From Octopus sinensis (taxonomy: Eukaryota), in contig NC_043012.1 of NCBI RefSeq assembly GCF_006345805.1, positions 30,256,001 through 30,320,000 on the forward strand: 64,000 nucleotides of DNA, written 5' to 3'. The notes beneath the pieces were generated by a model that saw only the letters and a program-made list of their open reading frames with translations, was not told where the DNA came from and made no database searches. The position numbers and the translations under genes were made by a program. Numbering within the stretch: the first letter of the stretch is position 1; every line of letters starts with the position of its first letter. Positions 37,701 to 49,594 of this stretch are shown one piece after another.

Positions 37701-38719
37701 CTCACTCACAAAGATTTGGTCGGTATGTTCTCAATAGAAATAGAGCGGATAAAATGGTTACCTAAACTGAAAGAGAGTAAGGGAGATAGATAGATAGACA
37801 GAGAGAGAGAGAGAGAAAACGATGTGAAAAAGAAGGGTGACAATTATATAAAACGAACGATAATATCATGTGACTAAATAGAAGGAGCAAACGGCACATC
37901 ACGTGATGAAAAGAATACGGAAGGAAACGATATGATTTATTGTAAGCTGTTGTTATATCTGATTTTTATGACGTATCATAGTTTCTTAATCACCGAATGA
38001 CAAATTAAGACAGGAGTTTAACAAATGAGCTAATACATTGCAATACGAATTATATTCGACTAATTTTATCGTTATCTGATGCTGTTACATTAAAGATACT
38101 CCCATTGGGACTAGCGTACTCAACAAGGATTCCTTGGAGTATTTTATAACTAAATACATCCTAATATCGGGGTTATAATGAACACTTGAGCGATAGAAGG
38201 AGAGAGAGAATATGTTAAGGTGGAGAGAGAGAGAAAGAGAAAGAGAGAAGGGAGGGAGGGAGGTGGGATAAAGTAGAGAGAGTGAAGAAAGGAGTGAATG
38301 AGGAAGACTTTTCTCCAATATTGGATATTTATTCTAAGAACTTTGGTTGAGCACCAAACAAACTGATTGTAAGTGAAAAATGTTTTTTTTCTTTTATTTT
38401 GTTCTTTAGAATCTAAATCTTTCCACAGTCGTCTTCGATGTTAAATACCCCTGGGGCCGATAAAATATGTACCCGTACTGTATGTGCGTGTGTGTATGCC
38501 TGTATGTGTGTGTGTATGTGTGCGTGCGTGTGTGTGTGTGTGTGTGTGGTGTGTGTGTGTGTGTGTGTGTGTGTATAGTGGAGGGAATTCGAACCTCTAT
38601 AATTCACCCTTTTTCAACCTAAAAATGGCTGACTTCACCTCCCATATAAAACTTCCACACAGAATTCTTTAAAAAACAATAATTGGCAAATAAATAAATA
38701 AATAAAACTCATTAAAAAA

Positions 38720-39215
38720 ACCGGTTGGATTTCTGTCAAAATGTCTTCAGTATTTAGTTCTAACCCTCAACATTTTGAGTTCAAATCTCGCTTGGGGTGA
38801 CTTTTAATTTCTATCTCAGTGTTATTTTTGTTGTTGAATTCAAATGAAGGGCGGTGATTTGGCAGAATCGTTGGCGTGTCTAACAAAATTCCACACCTAT
38901 TTCTTTTGGTTCTTTACTTCCTGAGTTCAAATCCTACTGCAGTCATCTTTACCCCCCCCCATTCCTTCAGGTCGATAAAATAAAGGGCCAGTTAAATACT
39001 GGGGCCAATGGAATCATCCAGCCCCTCCCCCTTGTGCCTAAATAAAAAAAAAAACTCTTATTAGATACAAATCAAGAGCTATGGGTTGGTAGAATCGTGT
39101 GAGCGTCGAACAAAATTCTACACTCATTTATTCCGATTCTGAGTTCAAATCCTGCTGAGGTTAACTCGACTGATCCCTCCCATCAAAATTACTGGATTCA
39201 CTCCTAAATTAGAAA
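38720..39215 (+). mobile_element. Three decayed SINE family A copies in tandem
   Basis: TGAGTTCAAAT cores near 38777, 38921, 39140; GGCAGAATCGTT/GGTAGAATCGT heads. Confidence 0.7.
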
Positions 39216-39559
39216 CCGTTATGAGACTCAAATCTCTCCTGATGAAGAAAACTTATGATATATGACATTCCAGCCGTGGCCATCCCGTATATTATTTTAT
39301 ATCTATAATTACTTCTCCGCGGTCGCTTATCTTGCTAAATATGCCGATTTGCTGGATGGACAACAATAAAACAAATGTACAAAACATGAGACAATGGATA
39401 TAAATATGCGAAGAGGCAATATGAAGTGGATCGGTCGAAGCATTGAACGACTATTTCACGGGTCTTGAGTTCAAATCCTTTGTAATGCAGTGTTTATTAG
39501 TGTATTTTGGCAATGTGCTGAATTTTGAAAATGCACCGATCGTACATAGCTACCTTGGA

Positions 39560-40340
39560 CCGGAACCGAAATAGAGGTTTAGGACAGGAACAAGAGCCTT
39601 GAAATATAAAAAAGGGTCTTGGAATAGAAAAGGTCCTGGATAAAAAAGGGGACTGATCAGAAATATGGGTACTAGAACAGGTATACTTAGCCTTAAGCAG
39701 AAACAAGGCGTTTCAATAAGATGGGTAAGTTGGGAATAGGAAAAGGGGTTGAACAAGAATAAGAGTTTTGTACAGAAGGAATAAGGGTTTTGAGCTATAA
39801 TAGGGGTATTGGATAAGAACGAGGATTTTGGAACAGGAATATGGGCCTTGAATAGAAACAAGGGCCTTGGATAGAAATAAAGGCTTGAGCATGAATACAT
39901 GTCCTGAATAGAAATATGAGGATTGCGTAAAAAATAATAGAATTGAACCAGAATAAAATTCTTTGATAAAGGTTATTGAATAAAAATAGGGATATGGGCA
40001 CAGAAATACATACCTTGGACAACTTGAATAAAAATAAGGAACTTGAATAGAAATAAGCGTTGAATCGAAAAAAAAGTCTTGAAGATGAATAAGGGTACTG
40101 AAATAGAAGGAAAGCTCTTGAAGGAGAGGGAAGAGCTAGAACAAGAATTGGTGTCTTGAACAAGAATGAAGATCACCACAGAAGTAAGGAACTTGAATGT
40201 GAATATAGTAATGGAAGAGGAATAAAGGTTTTGAACAAGAATATAATCTGGCTGCAAAATAGGACGTTCAACATGAACAAAAGTCTTGATCCTGAATAAC
40301 GATCTTGAATATAAATAAGAACTTTGAACAGAAATGGGGG
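39560..40340. repeat. Old, degenerate ~19-21-bp purine-rich minisatellite
   Basis: Recurring TTG(A/G)A(T/C)A(G/A)(A/G)AATAAGGG-like units, e.g. 39749, 39848, 39868, 40042, 40061. Confidence 0.7.
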
Positions 40341-41023
40341 TTCCAGTGAAATGTTGCGACCCAACGTTTGGTTCTCGTCTTCTCAGAAAAAAACGTTTCT
40401 TGTTAAAATATTACATGTTACAGACTGGCATCGAGATTAAAGAAGGATATGTCAAAGCTTATCTGCTTAATGTCGTCTAACGGAAAAGTTAATTCTATAG
40501 TCTCTCCCCCCTCCACCTCACCCGAGGCTGTTGAGCGATTCAGGTGACATTTAGTCTTGGAATTTTGTCAATATCCTGCTTGGAATTCGGTTTTAAGTGG
40601 ATTTTAAACGTTTAAAGTGTTTAAAACCCAAAACACTGAATTTCTGGTTTCACTTGGCAAATTGACGCTTTTCATGATTAACGTACACACGCACACATAC
40701 ACGCACACACACACACACCACACACACACACACCACACACACACACGCACACTCACACGCACACACGCGTGCGCGAACGGACACTCCTACACGTGTTTGT
40801 ATGTGTAGATTTACACACATGTAAAACGCATATATATGCGTGTGCATGCGTGTATGTATACACACAAATCATGGTATCACCCAGAGCACAGGATGTTGTT
40901 ATACATCGCTGGTCACAATGCACTTGGCATCGTGTTTGTAACTGTCGACTGTTGCCACCCCACTGCTGGCTAGAAGTGAGAAGGGTAATATTCCCCCTGA
41001 TCATAAGGCCATATATATATATA

Positions 41024-41699
41024 TTAGGTTGGCAACTAAGTTCCCGTCATTTTTTAAAATCAAAATTTTTTAAAAGCTTTAATAAAAAATAACAACTAAT
41101 TGATGAGTTGAGCGGTGACGAGCGGAGATTGTGGCTCGTTGATTTTTGTTGTTTTCACCTAAAGCATGCAGAACCCATGCTCCATACTTCTGAACCTTTC
41201 TCATCGAGTGAAGATGCTTCTCTATAGCAGTGTAGTAGCATTCCATTTTCTCTCTCAGTTCCCTTGTCGTTTGACGAGAATTTTCGCGCAAAAGTTGGTT
41301 TAATCGCTCTTCATCGAACTCAATTGGACGGCCAGAACGAGGTGCGTCCTTGAGGTCAAAATTTCCATTTTTGAACTTGGCATACCAATCACGAGCAGTT
41401 CTTTTAGCTATGGTACCATCTCCATACACAGCACAAATGTCACGTGCAGCTTTTGTGGCCTTAGAACATTGATTAAAAGCAAAAAGAAGGAGGTGTTGAA
41501 ATGCTCGTTTTTCTTAACTTGACATTTCACTTTAATGATCTGAAAATAAACAAAAATTAACTAAAATTAACTAGAAAAAGAAAAGATTCCAAAATAATTC
41601 AAAAATAGAATTCTCGAAAAAAATAGATTCCAAAATTTAAAAACGCAATAAATTCCAAAATTAAAAAAAAAAAAGGCGGTAACTAAATTGCCAACCCAA
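41024..41699 (-). mobile_element. Internally deleted mariner with both TIRs, flanked by TA
   Basis: TIRs TTAGGTTGGCAACTAAGTT / AACTAAATTGCCAACCCAA. Minus ORF YGDGTIAKRTARDWYAKFKNGNFDLKDAPRSGRP...TTREL...GAWVLHAL; the DD34D catalytic domain is absent. Confidence 0.92.
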
Positions 41700-42900
41700 T
41701 ATATATATATATATTTAATGAATTTAAATATTTATGCGAAAAAACTAAGTAAGAGTATAGAGAAAAAGATAGATTTTATGAGGGAGAAAATAACGAAAAG
41801 ATACAAAATGGGAGAAAGGTGGGAAAAGAAACACAGATATTTTATGTGGGGTATAACATACAAAAAAGTTCAAGAAGTAAAAGAGAAAAGAAAAAAGGTA
41901 AAAGTTATTTTTTATACTACGATATTAATTTAGAATGTAATTCGGAGAAAATTTATAACTATTATCATTTAGCATTTCAATGGACTAAGATATACTTTCC
42001 ATTATTCAAAGAAAAAAGTATTAGGCATATACAAAAATTATAGTATATTTACTTGTGAGAGGAATTTACATTTTTATGTGAAACATTAGAAAAAAATGTG
42101 TAGTTCATAATTCGTTAGATTTTGAATAACTATTAATCTCCCTTTGTTCGAGTGGTTAAATTTTTTCCTAGGGTTTTATTATGATGAAAAAAATTATCTT
42201 TCGATTTACTAGAGAAATATATTTATAAGATTTGTGGTTAATATGAATATATATATATATATATATACACGCACGTGGAGCTTCTTGGTGCATATGATGT
42301 AGATAGATTAAAAGTTACAATAGCTGTTGATGTTGGTTTATAAAATTTTAGAAAATAAAAAATAAAAGCTCTAGTAATAATATTAAAAAAATAGGGGTTA
42401 CATGGAAAAATATAAATAGGGGTTTATTAAGTAAATTACTGAAAACAAAAGGGTAATTTTAATGGTTATGAGTGTATAAAGTGGAATATATGTATATTCC
42501 ATTTAACAATGAAATAAATATTATAGATTATTGTATAAAGTTGGGATAAGTTTGGTATTGGAGTTTTTGAATGTTATAATCTAAAATTTGAGAGATCTAT
42601 GGATTAAATTTATACTTATATTATGGTATTAAATATGGTCTATATGATCATTGTTTTAATAAATAAGCGTGCTAATAGCATGGGTGTAAAATGTGGGTTA
42701 TAAGGGTATCCTTAATATGGAAAAGTATAAGTGGTGTATTATTGAATATGCCGCAGAGAACATATATAATATTGGTGAGTTAATTAAAATAATGGAAATA
42801 AAAATAGGGGGTATTGTGTTATATATGGAGTATAAGTATAGCTGGATTAGCAATGAGAGAGATATTATATATTATTGTATTAAAAATAAATGCGCCCTTT

Positions 42901-43140
42901 TTAAAGCCTAGCCAGGCTCATGGGCCCTGTTTTCCGGTTTCTGTGGCGTATGTGTTCCCCAGCTGGACGGGACGCCAGTCCATCGCAGCGTCACTCATTT
43001 TTGCCAGCTGAGTGAACTGGAGCAACGTGAAATAAAGTGTTTTGTTCAATAACACAACGCGTCACCCGGTCCAGAAATCGAAACCACAATCTTACGATCA
43101 TGATGCTGACACCCTAACCACTAAGCCACGCGTCCCCACA
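42901..43140 (-). mobile_element. tRNA-derived SINE with conserved-core-like central domain
   Basis: Minus: A box TGGCTTAGTGGTTAG, B-box-like GGTTTCGATTTC, central GCGATGGACTGGCGTCCCGTCCAG...ACAGAAACCGG resembling Deu/Nin- or Meta-type SINE cores (recalled, not assigned). Confidence 0.8.
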
Positions 43141-43786
43141 TATTATTGTATTATGATAAGATAAGTTTGGCATTAAATTATAAAGTTCATAATAAAAAAA
43201 AAGAAAATTAAATATTAATGGGCTAATTAATGATTATGGAGATAAAAAATTGCGGTTATAATAATGCGCCTAAAAAGAAAAATGTTATTGAATAATATGT
43301 GGATTATATTATAAATACTAATTATTCTACTTGAGCATTAAAAAGCAGGATTTTTATTAAAGATGAGATTATGATGGAGTGCATGCACCATCGGAATAGG
43401 TTATGTCTATAGATATGATAATACTGCATGGTAATTATATCCAATGCATTATTAATTATAATTTAGTGAAATAATATGTAGTGGAAAACACTTGTATAAA
43501 TTCAGAAAAAGTATAATTATGTACATGTAAACATTGGTAAATAAGTTTAACTTTAGGGTTAGTGAAGAAATTAAATTTATGGTCCTTAAGGGATATTCTA
43601 AGTCTCAAAGGGACGAAAAGTTCAGTCAAATCATCAATATTATATTCTGGCATTATTTTTTACACTCAAGGTTAATGTATATATATATATATATACATAG
43701 ATATACTGCAAAGAACAGAGAAGAACAGTTGCACTCAACATATTTGATTGGAGTTAGTGTATTTACTAAGAGTTTGAGTCAGCTCA

Positions 43787-43890
43787 ACGTTACGTGAAGT
43801 TTCGTAGCCGTAAGAAACATCCATTTCATCAGACTCTCGGTGATTCTGAGGAGAGAATGTATCCTACATCCACGAAACTTTGAGTAATGC
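43787..43890. ncRNA. Back-to-back pair of decayed hammerhead motifs (one per strand)
   Basis: Minus CTGATGA(43832-43826)...GAAA-CTTCAC-GTA; plus CTGAGGA(43846-43852)-GAGAATGTA TCC TACATCCAC-GAAA-CTTTGA-GTA. Cores intact, stems mismatched. Confidence 0.45.
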
Positions 43891-44803
43891 GGAGTGTGTG
43901 CAACTGCTATTTAGTATATAATTAAATATGTACTCTACACGGAATTCTCAGCTCTTGAGTCACTTTCTGCTTTCTGCAGATTTCCAATGATAAAAAATAT
44001 ATATATACACAATCATTATTGAGATATCTTTTATCCTGTCTGTTTTACCAAACTTAGACACACGCGTGTGGCTGTATTGAACTATATATCCACTCAGAGC
44101 AATTTTGAAAGACATAGAAGCACTTTACGTACACGCACACACGCACAAACACGCGCGCGCGCACACACGCACACACATACACACACATACACATTTATAC
44201 AACCCACCCCCGTGACTCTATTCGTTTCTCTCTCGATCTAACAAAACTTTTACAAAATTTTCCTCTGTTATTTCATTAATAACTTATTTAAAATTATGTT
44301 TATTTATTTAAAGTTTTGTCATTTCCTCTGCAATAATTCTTATAAAAACCATGAATATTACAAGAATGTGTCGTTCTAACGTTTTTCCTCCATAGCTACG
44401 TTAATCTAGTTGTTTATCTTTCATCTTCCGTTGTTTATTTTACCAACACACGTAGCTATACAAACACATTCAGTCTTTTTCTCATGAACCGCATTTAAAA
44501 AAAAAACTCCAATGTTTTCCGCTTAAACAAAACCACTTTTTAATCGTACATTGTTCAAATACAGCCTGACTTTAAAACTTAATATTTAATATCCTTCTAA
44601 TAAAACATACAATTTCGTTTTTCCTCCAATACTTCACCATTATTTTCTAACAACTCACTTTTTTGTTTTATTATTTCTTCTGCAAGAAACTATTTTTACA
44701 AAAAACCCCGAAAACTTTCATTTAACAATACCATCTCGCATTGTTTATTTCGTCTTCGCCAAGTTAAATCAATATATTCACTGCCATATTTTGTTACATA
44801 AGG

Positions 44804-44894
<91 letters not shown>

Positions 44895-44895
44895 C

Positions 44896-45362
44896 CGAGC
44901 CATAAGTGAGACCAGACTCCATAATCCACGGGCCCTAAAGTCCAGGTTTGGCGGACAGTTTAACATTTATTTTTCTCCCTGTCTCCCGAGAATGAGCGGT
45001 AGTGGCATGGCGGTACTTTTTCGCGAGAGTCTGGATCTTGAAGTAAAGACAATATTCGTAGACCCGAGGGGTAGACTGGTTGTCCTGGATATCGACGGCA
45101 GCAATGGGTGCGCTTTTCGACTCGTATCAGTCTATGCACCGCCTTTAACAGGTCGGGCGGATCTCATTCGACGGCTAGAAGTATTCCTAGGGACGTCTCG
45201 TCCCTTACTTTTAGTTGGGGATTAGAATGCTACCTTGGACATACACGTAGACTACGTGGACAGAGAAAGGAATAGACGGGGATGCAAATGCCTCAGAGAC
45301 CTGCTCAGACGCTTTCAACTGTTTGACAGGTACCGACTCAACCACCCGAATGCAACACCGAG
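44896..45362 (+). mobile_element. Tx1/L1-clade AP-endonuclease fragment
   Basis: SGMAVLF...DPRGRLVVLDI...FRLVSVYAP...LLLVGD*NATLD..VD...LFDRYRLNHP. Confidence 0.85.
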
Positions 45363-46184
45363 GTAACGCCGCAGAGAAGAGGAGAAGAATAGGGAAGGGT
45401 GGGAGAGAAATCCAGAAAGGATGAAGAACAAGAGAGGGAGAAAGATAGATAGAGAAGAGATAGTAAAGGTAGAAGAGTCTCTTCTCTATCTCTCTCTCTC
45501 CCTCTCTTGTTCTTCACTCTTTCTGGTTTTCTCTCCCACCCTTCCCTATTCTTCTCCTCTCCTTTTCACCGTTCCCTCTCTCTCACTCCTCCTCGACTCT
45601 CTCATCGCTGACACGTGACGAAAGATAATCTGTCTTTCTGCCCACAACCTTCGAAAAGAAAGGACGTGCTTATACTGTCTCCTTCATAAGTTAGTCGTCC
45701 TCGCGTTCAGAATAATTTTTCTGTCGTCTTGGCTTAACAACCCTCACCATTTGTTTTTACTGTTTTGTTCTTACAGTCCTGTTCTTGTTACCACTTTCAC
45801 AATCCGCAAAAAATTCCAAATTTTATTTAATTTGCTTTGCCGGAAGGATTGTTTCAGCGAAGTCGCGTCTTGCCCTTGCCTTCGAACGTGGAGTAGATGA
45901 AACAGGGACGACTAGGAAGGGGAATATTCTTTATGTTGTATGTCTCGTTTCTCTGTTTGTTTTTTTCCGTTGTTCGAAAAAATGTTCGTTTCTATGTTTT
46001 TGTTTTTATGTTTTCGTTTCTCATTGTGCTCAGCGTTTATTTTGATGTCCTGTACCCATATATGCATGTATATATACATATATATGCAAGTATGTATATA
46101 TGTATATATTTATATATGCATATATTTATATATTATATATATTATTATATGATCGAACGCCACGCATCCTTTTCCAAGTAAGTT

Positions 46185-46280
<96 letters not shown>

Positions 46281-46403
46281 ATACAATTATATATATACAC
46301 ATACATATATATCTATATTTATATTTTTATAAACATGAACATATATGTGTATGTATATATATTTGTTGTACCACTACTCTATATTTATGTATACATTATT
46401 ATG

Positions 46404-46461
<58 letters not shown>

Positions 46462-46591
46462 TATATAAACTTAGATAAACTTAGATATGTTTCGACCAAA
46501 GATTGGTCCAGGCCATGTCTAACTTAATAGCACCACCTGATAGGATTATTCGAATCCTGTTTAAATCAAGTTTGTTTAAGTCAAGTTTTGT

Positions 46592-49500
46592 TCAAGTAGT
46601 GAGTTCTTGTTGAGTGAGTTGTATCAAGTTTTGTTCAAGTAGTGAGTTCTTGTTGGGTGAGTTGTATCCAATTATGGGTGGCTTATCTGGTATTCTTTGA
46701 AGGAATCTATCCAGACTCCGTTTAAAGTTGATGGGATCCTTTTCCTCTTTGATCTCCCACGGGACAATGTTAAATAGGGCAGGGCCTGTTGAGGAAAAGA
46801 AATTATGTTGCAGTGTACATGTATGTTGTGATCTTGAATTGGGCAGGGGACGTATGGCCCGTGGTCCCAGTCTTGGATGAACCTTGAAGCTAATGTTAAG
46901 GTCGTTTGGGCAAAGTTGGCGGTATATTCCCCACATCGTACAAATGATGTACCGCTCACGGCGACGCTGGAGGGAGTAACGTTTCAAGGCTTTAAGGCGA
47001 TCCCAATAATCGAGAGCAGCCATGCCTTCAATTCGTTTAGTGAGTGCCCTCTGGGGTGACTCAATTCTGGAGATGTTTTGTCTTGTATGGGGAGACCACA
47101 GTGGGCAGCAGTATTCAAGGTGTGGCCGTACAAAGGAGGAAAAAAGTGGTATGATGACACCTTGTTCTCTGGATCGGAAAGTTCTTAAGATCCAGGAACT
47201 CATCCTACGAGCTATATCGACCTTCTTGTTGATGTGTGCACTCCAACTGAGATCGTCATCAACAATTACACCCAGGTCTCTGATATTGTTAGAGGCTGTG
47301 AGCGGTTCCCCTGAAGGAAGAGAGTATGGTTGTTTTAGTGAGGAATTTCTTCCAAAATGCATCAGCTCAAATTTTCCCTCATTCAGTTGCATTTTGTTTC
47401 TGTCTGCCCATTGACTCACAGCATATGGATCAGACTGGAGTTGAGTTCGGTCTGCTTCTTCATTGACGATTTGCTGGAGCTTAGTGTCATCAGCAAATAT
47501 TTTCACTTTGCAGTAATGTACAACACTGGAAAGGTCGTTTATGTAAATTATGAAGAGTAGCGGACCCAAAACAGTCCCCTGGGGAACACCGCTGGTGACT
47601 TTTGCTGGGCTTGAGTGAACTCCATCAACTACATGTTGTGTTCTATTCGCTAGGAAATACTTAATCCAGTGTAGAACTTTTCCACGGATTCCAACATTTG
47701 GCAATTTTGAGAGTAGGATATTATGGTCTACCCTGCCGAACGCTTTACTGAAGTCAAGATATATGACGTCAGAGTTCGAACCTGTTCCCAAGGCTTTGAG
47801 TACATCTTCAATGTGGTGTAAGAGCTGTGTTAGACAGTCCCTGCCACAGCGAAAGCCATTCTGATTTGCATTTAGGAGTTTGTGGGTCTCCAGGAAGTCA
47901 GCTATCCTTGATCTTAACACTCTTTCAAACACTTTAATGATGTGGGAGGTGAGTGAGATTGGGCGATAGTTGACTGCGAGGGATCTGTTTCCCTGTTTGA
48001 AAACCGGGATGACCGACTGGGATAGAAACTGTTTCGGTATATAACCTGCGTCCAACGAATTTCTCCAGAGGTTGGTCAGAGGGACTGCAAGTTGGTGTCT
48101 ACATTCCTTCAGGAGACTAGCGGGGAATCTATCAGGGCCTACAGCAGAGTAATATTTGACCTCATTTATTGCTGCTACGATGTCAGTGGCAGTGAAGGTT
48201 ATGTCTGAGATTTTGTGTTGGGAGTCAACTTCGTTCGTTTCTCTTACGTCAATATCAGTGGGAACACTAAAGACAGAGCAGTATTGTTTCTGCAGTATTT
48301 CTGCCATTTCTTTAGCATCGTGTTGGGGAATGCCGTTATCATCAATCAATGGCCTAATGGGTGAGACAGTGGTTCTATGCTTATTTGCATAGGAATAGAA
48401 CACTTTTGGGTTCTGTTTGATGTTTTTGATAATCCACTGTTCCTCCACAGTTCTTTGATTTTCAATGGAGGTTTTCATGTTGGTCTGCAGATGAAGTTTT
48501 TCCAGTTCTAGTCTTTTCATTGTTGTTGAATGTGGATGTTGTGTGTGGGAATATTTTAATTGGTTAATTTTTTTGTTGAGGCTTTTGATGCGCCTGATGA
48601 GTGTTTTTTTTCTTTTTAGGGAGCCGGTTTCTGTTTGTGTTAGTAGATTTCGTGGGAGCGTGTTTAGAGCATGTATAGGTGACAATGTTTTCAAAGTGCT
48701 GCCACGCGGTCTCAATATGAGAAGAATTGAGAGTAAAAGACCAGTCGATGGAAGACAGATCCTTTCTGATTGCTCCCCAGTCCGCTTTGTGGAAGTTTAT
48801 GTTGTCAAATGGGTGCCATGGAGTGGGATTGGCTGGTTTGGTTTTTATATGTCGGGAATTAAAATTGCAGAGTACCATGTCGTGGTCTGAGAGGAGAGTT
48901 TTTTCGACTGAGATACTGTGAACGTAGCTAGAGTGATTGGTCAATACCAGATCCAAGATCGTTTTATTCTGTCTCGTTGGTTCGAGCACTAGCTGAGTCA
49001 GGAAATACTCATCCATCAGATTAAAGAGCAGTTCTGCTGCTGCTCTATCTGATGTAGAGCACTTGCCTAACTTCAGAGTATTTGTGGGCCAGTTCACATG
49101 AGGGAGGTTAAAATCACCCATCACTAGTATGTTTCCGGAGTGGTACTTCCGAAGGAAGGACTTGACTTTGCTAAGGCACTCTTCAAAGTACTTTAGAGGT
49201 GCCTGGGGAGGCCTGTAAAGACCAACAATGGTTATGTCCTTGGCTTTGTTGTATAGTGATACCGATTCACAGTAGCCATTGGAAAATATGTCCTTGTGTC
49301 ATCAAGCGAAAAGGAGTCATGGATAAAGATGGCTGTCCCTCCCTTATTTCGGTCTGTGCGATCCGCACGAACAATGGTAAAATCTTTTATTTTCACCTCT
49401 GCGTCCATATGGGTGTTGTTCAGGTGAGTCTCGGTAAGGATAAAGAAAGGGAAGCAATGTGCCATTTCGGCAAGCCAACTCTCTATATATGGGATCTTCC

Positions 49501-49594
49501 ATTTTTGGGCAATAATTGATGGGTTGATTCCACGTACGAGGAACGTCGAGGTAAGGGAAGTTGGTAATGGGTGAGTGGTCCTTGTGATTTGCAT
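46592..49594 (-). CDS. LINE ORF2: AP endonuclease + reverse transcriptase (at least 2 frameshifts; 707-aa RT frame 46592-48715)
   Basis: ILTETHL, GGTAIFI, LYRPP, GDFNLPHVNW, ILDLVLT, SDH; YRPISLTSHIIKVFERV, QNGFR, YLDFSKAF, GVPQGTVLGPLLFIIYINDL, FADDTK, LEYCCPLWSPH. ATG at 49594. Confidence 0.93.

Noticed and set aside
46480-46530. GACCAATCTTTGGTC-GAAAC on the minus strand as a hammerhead
   Set aside because: No CUGAnGA core; it is better explained as the LINE 3' stem-loop, homologous in layout to the tails at 3688 and 57983.
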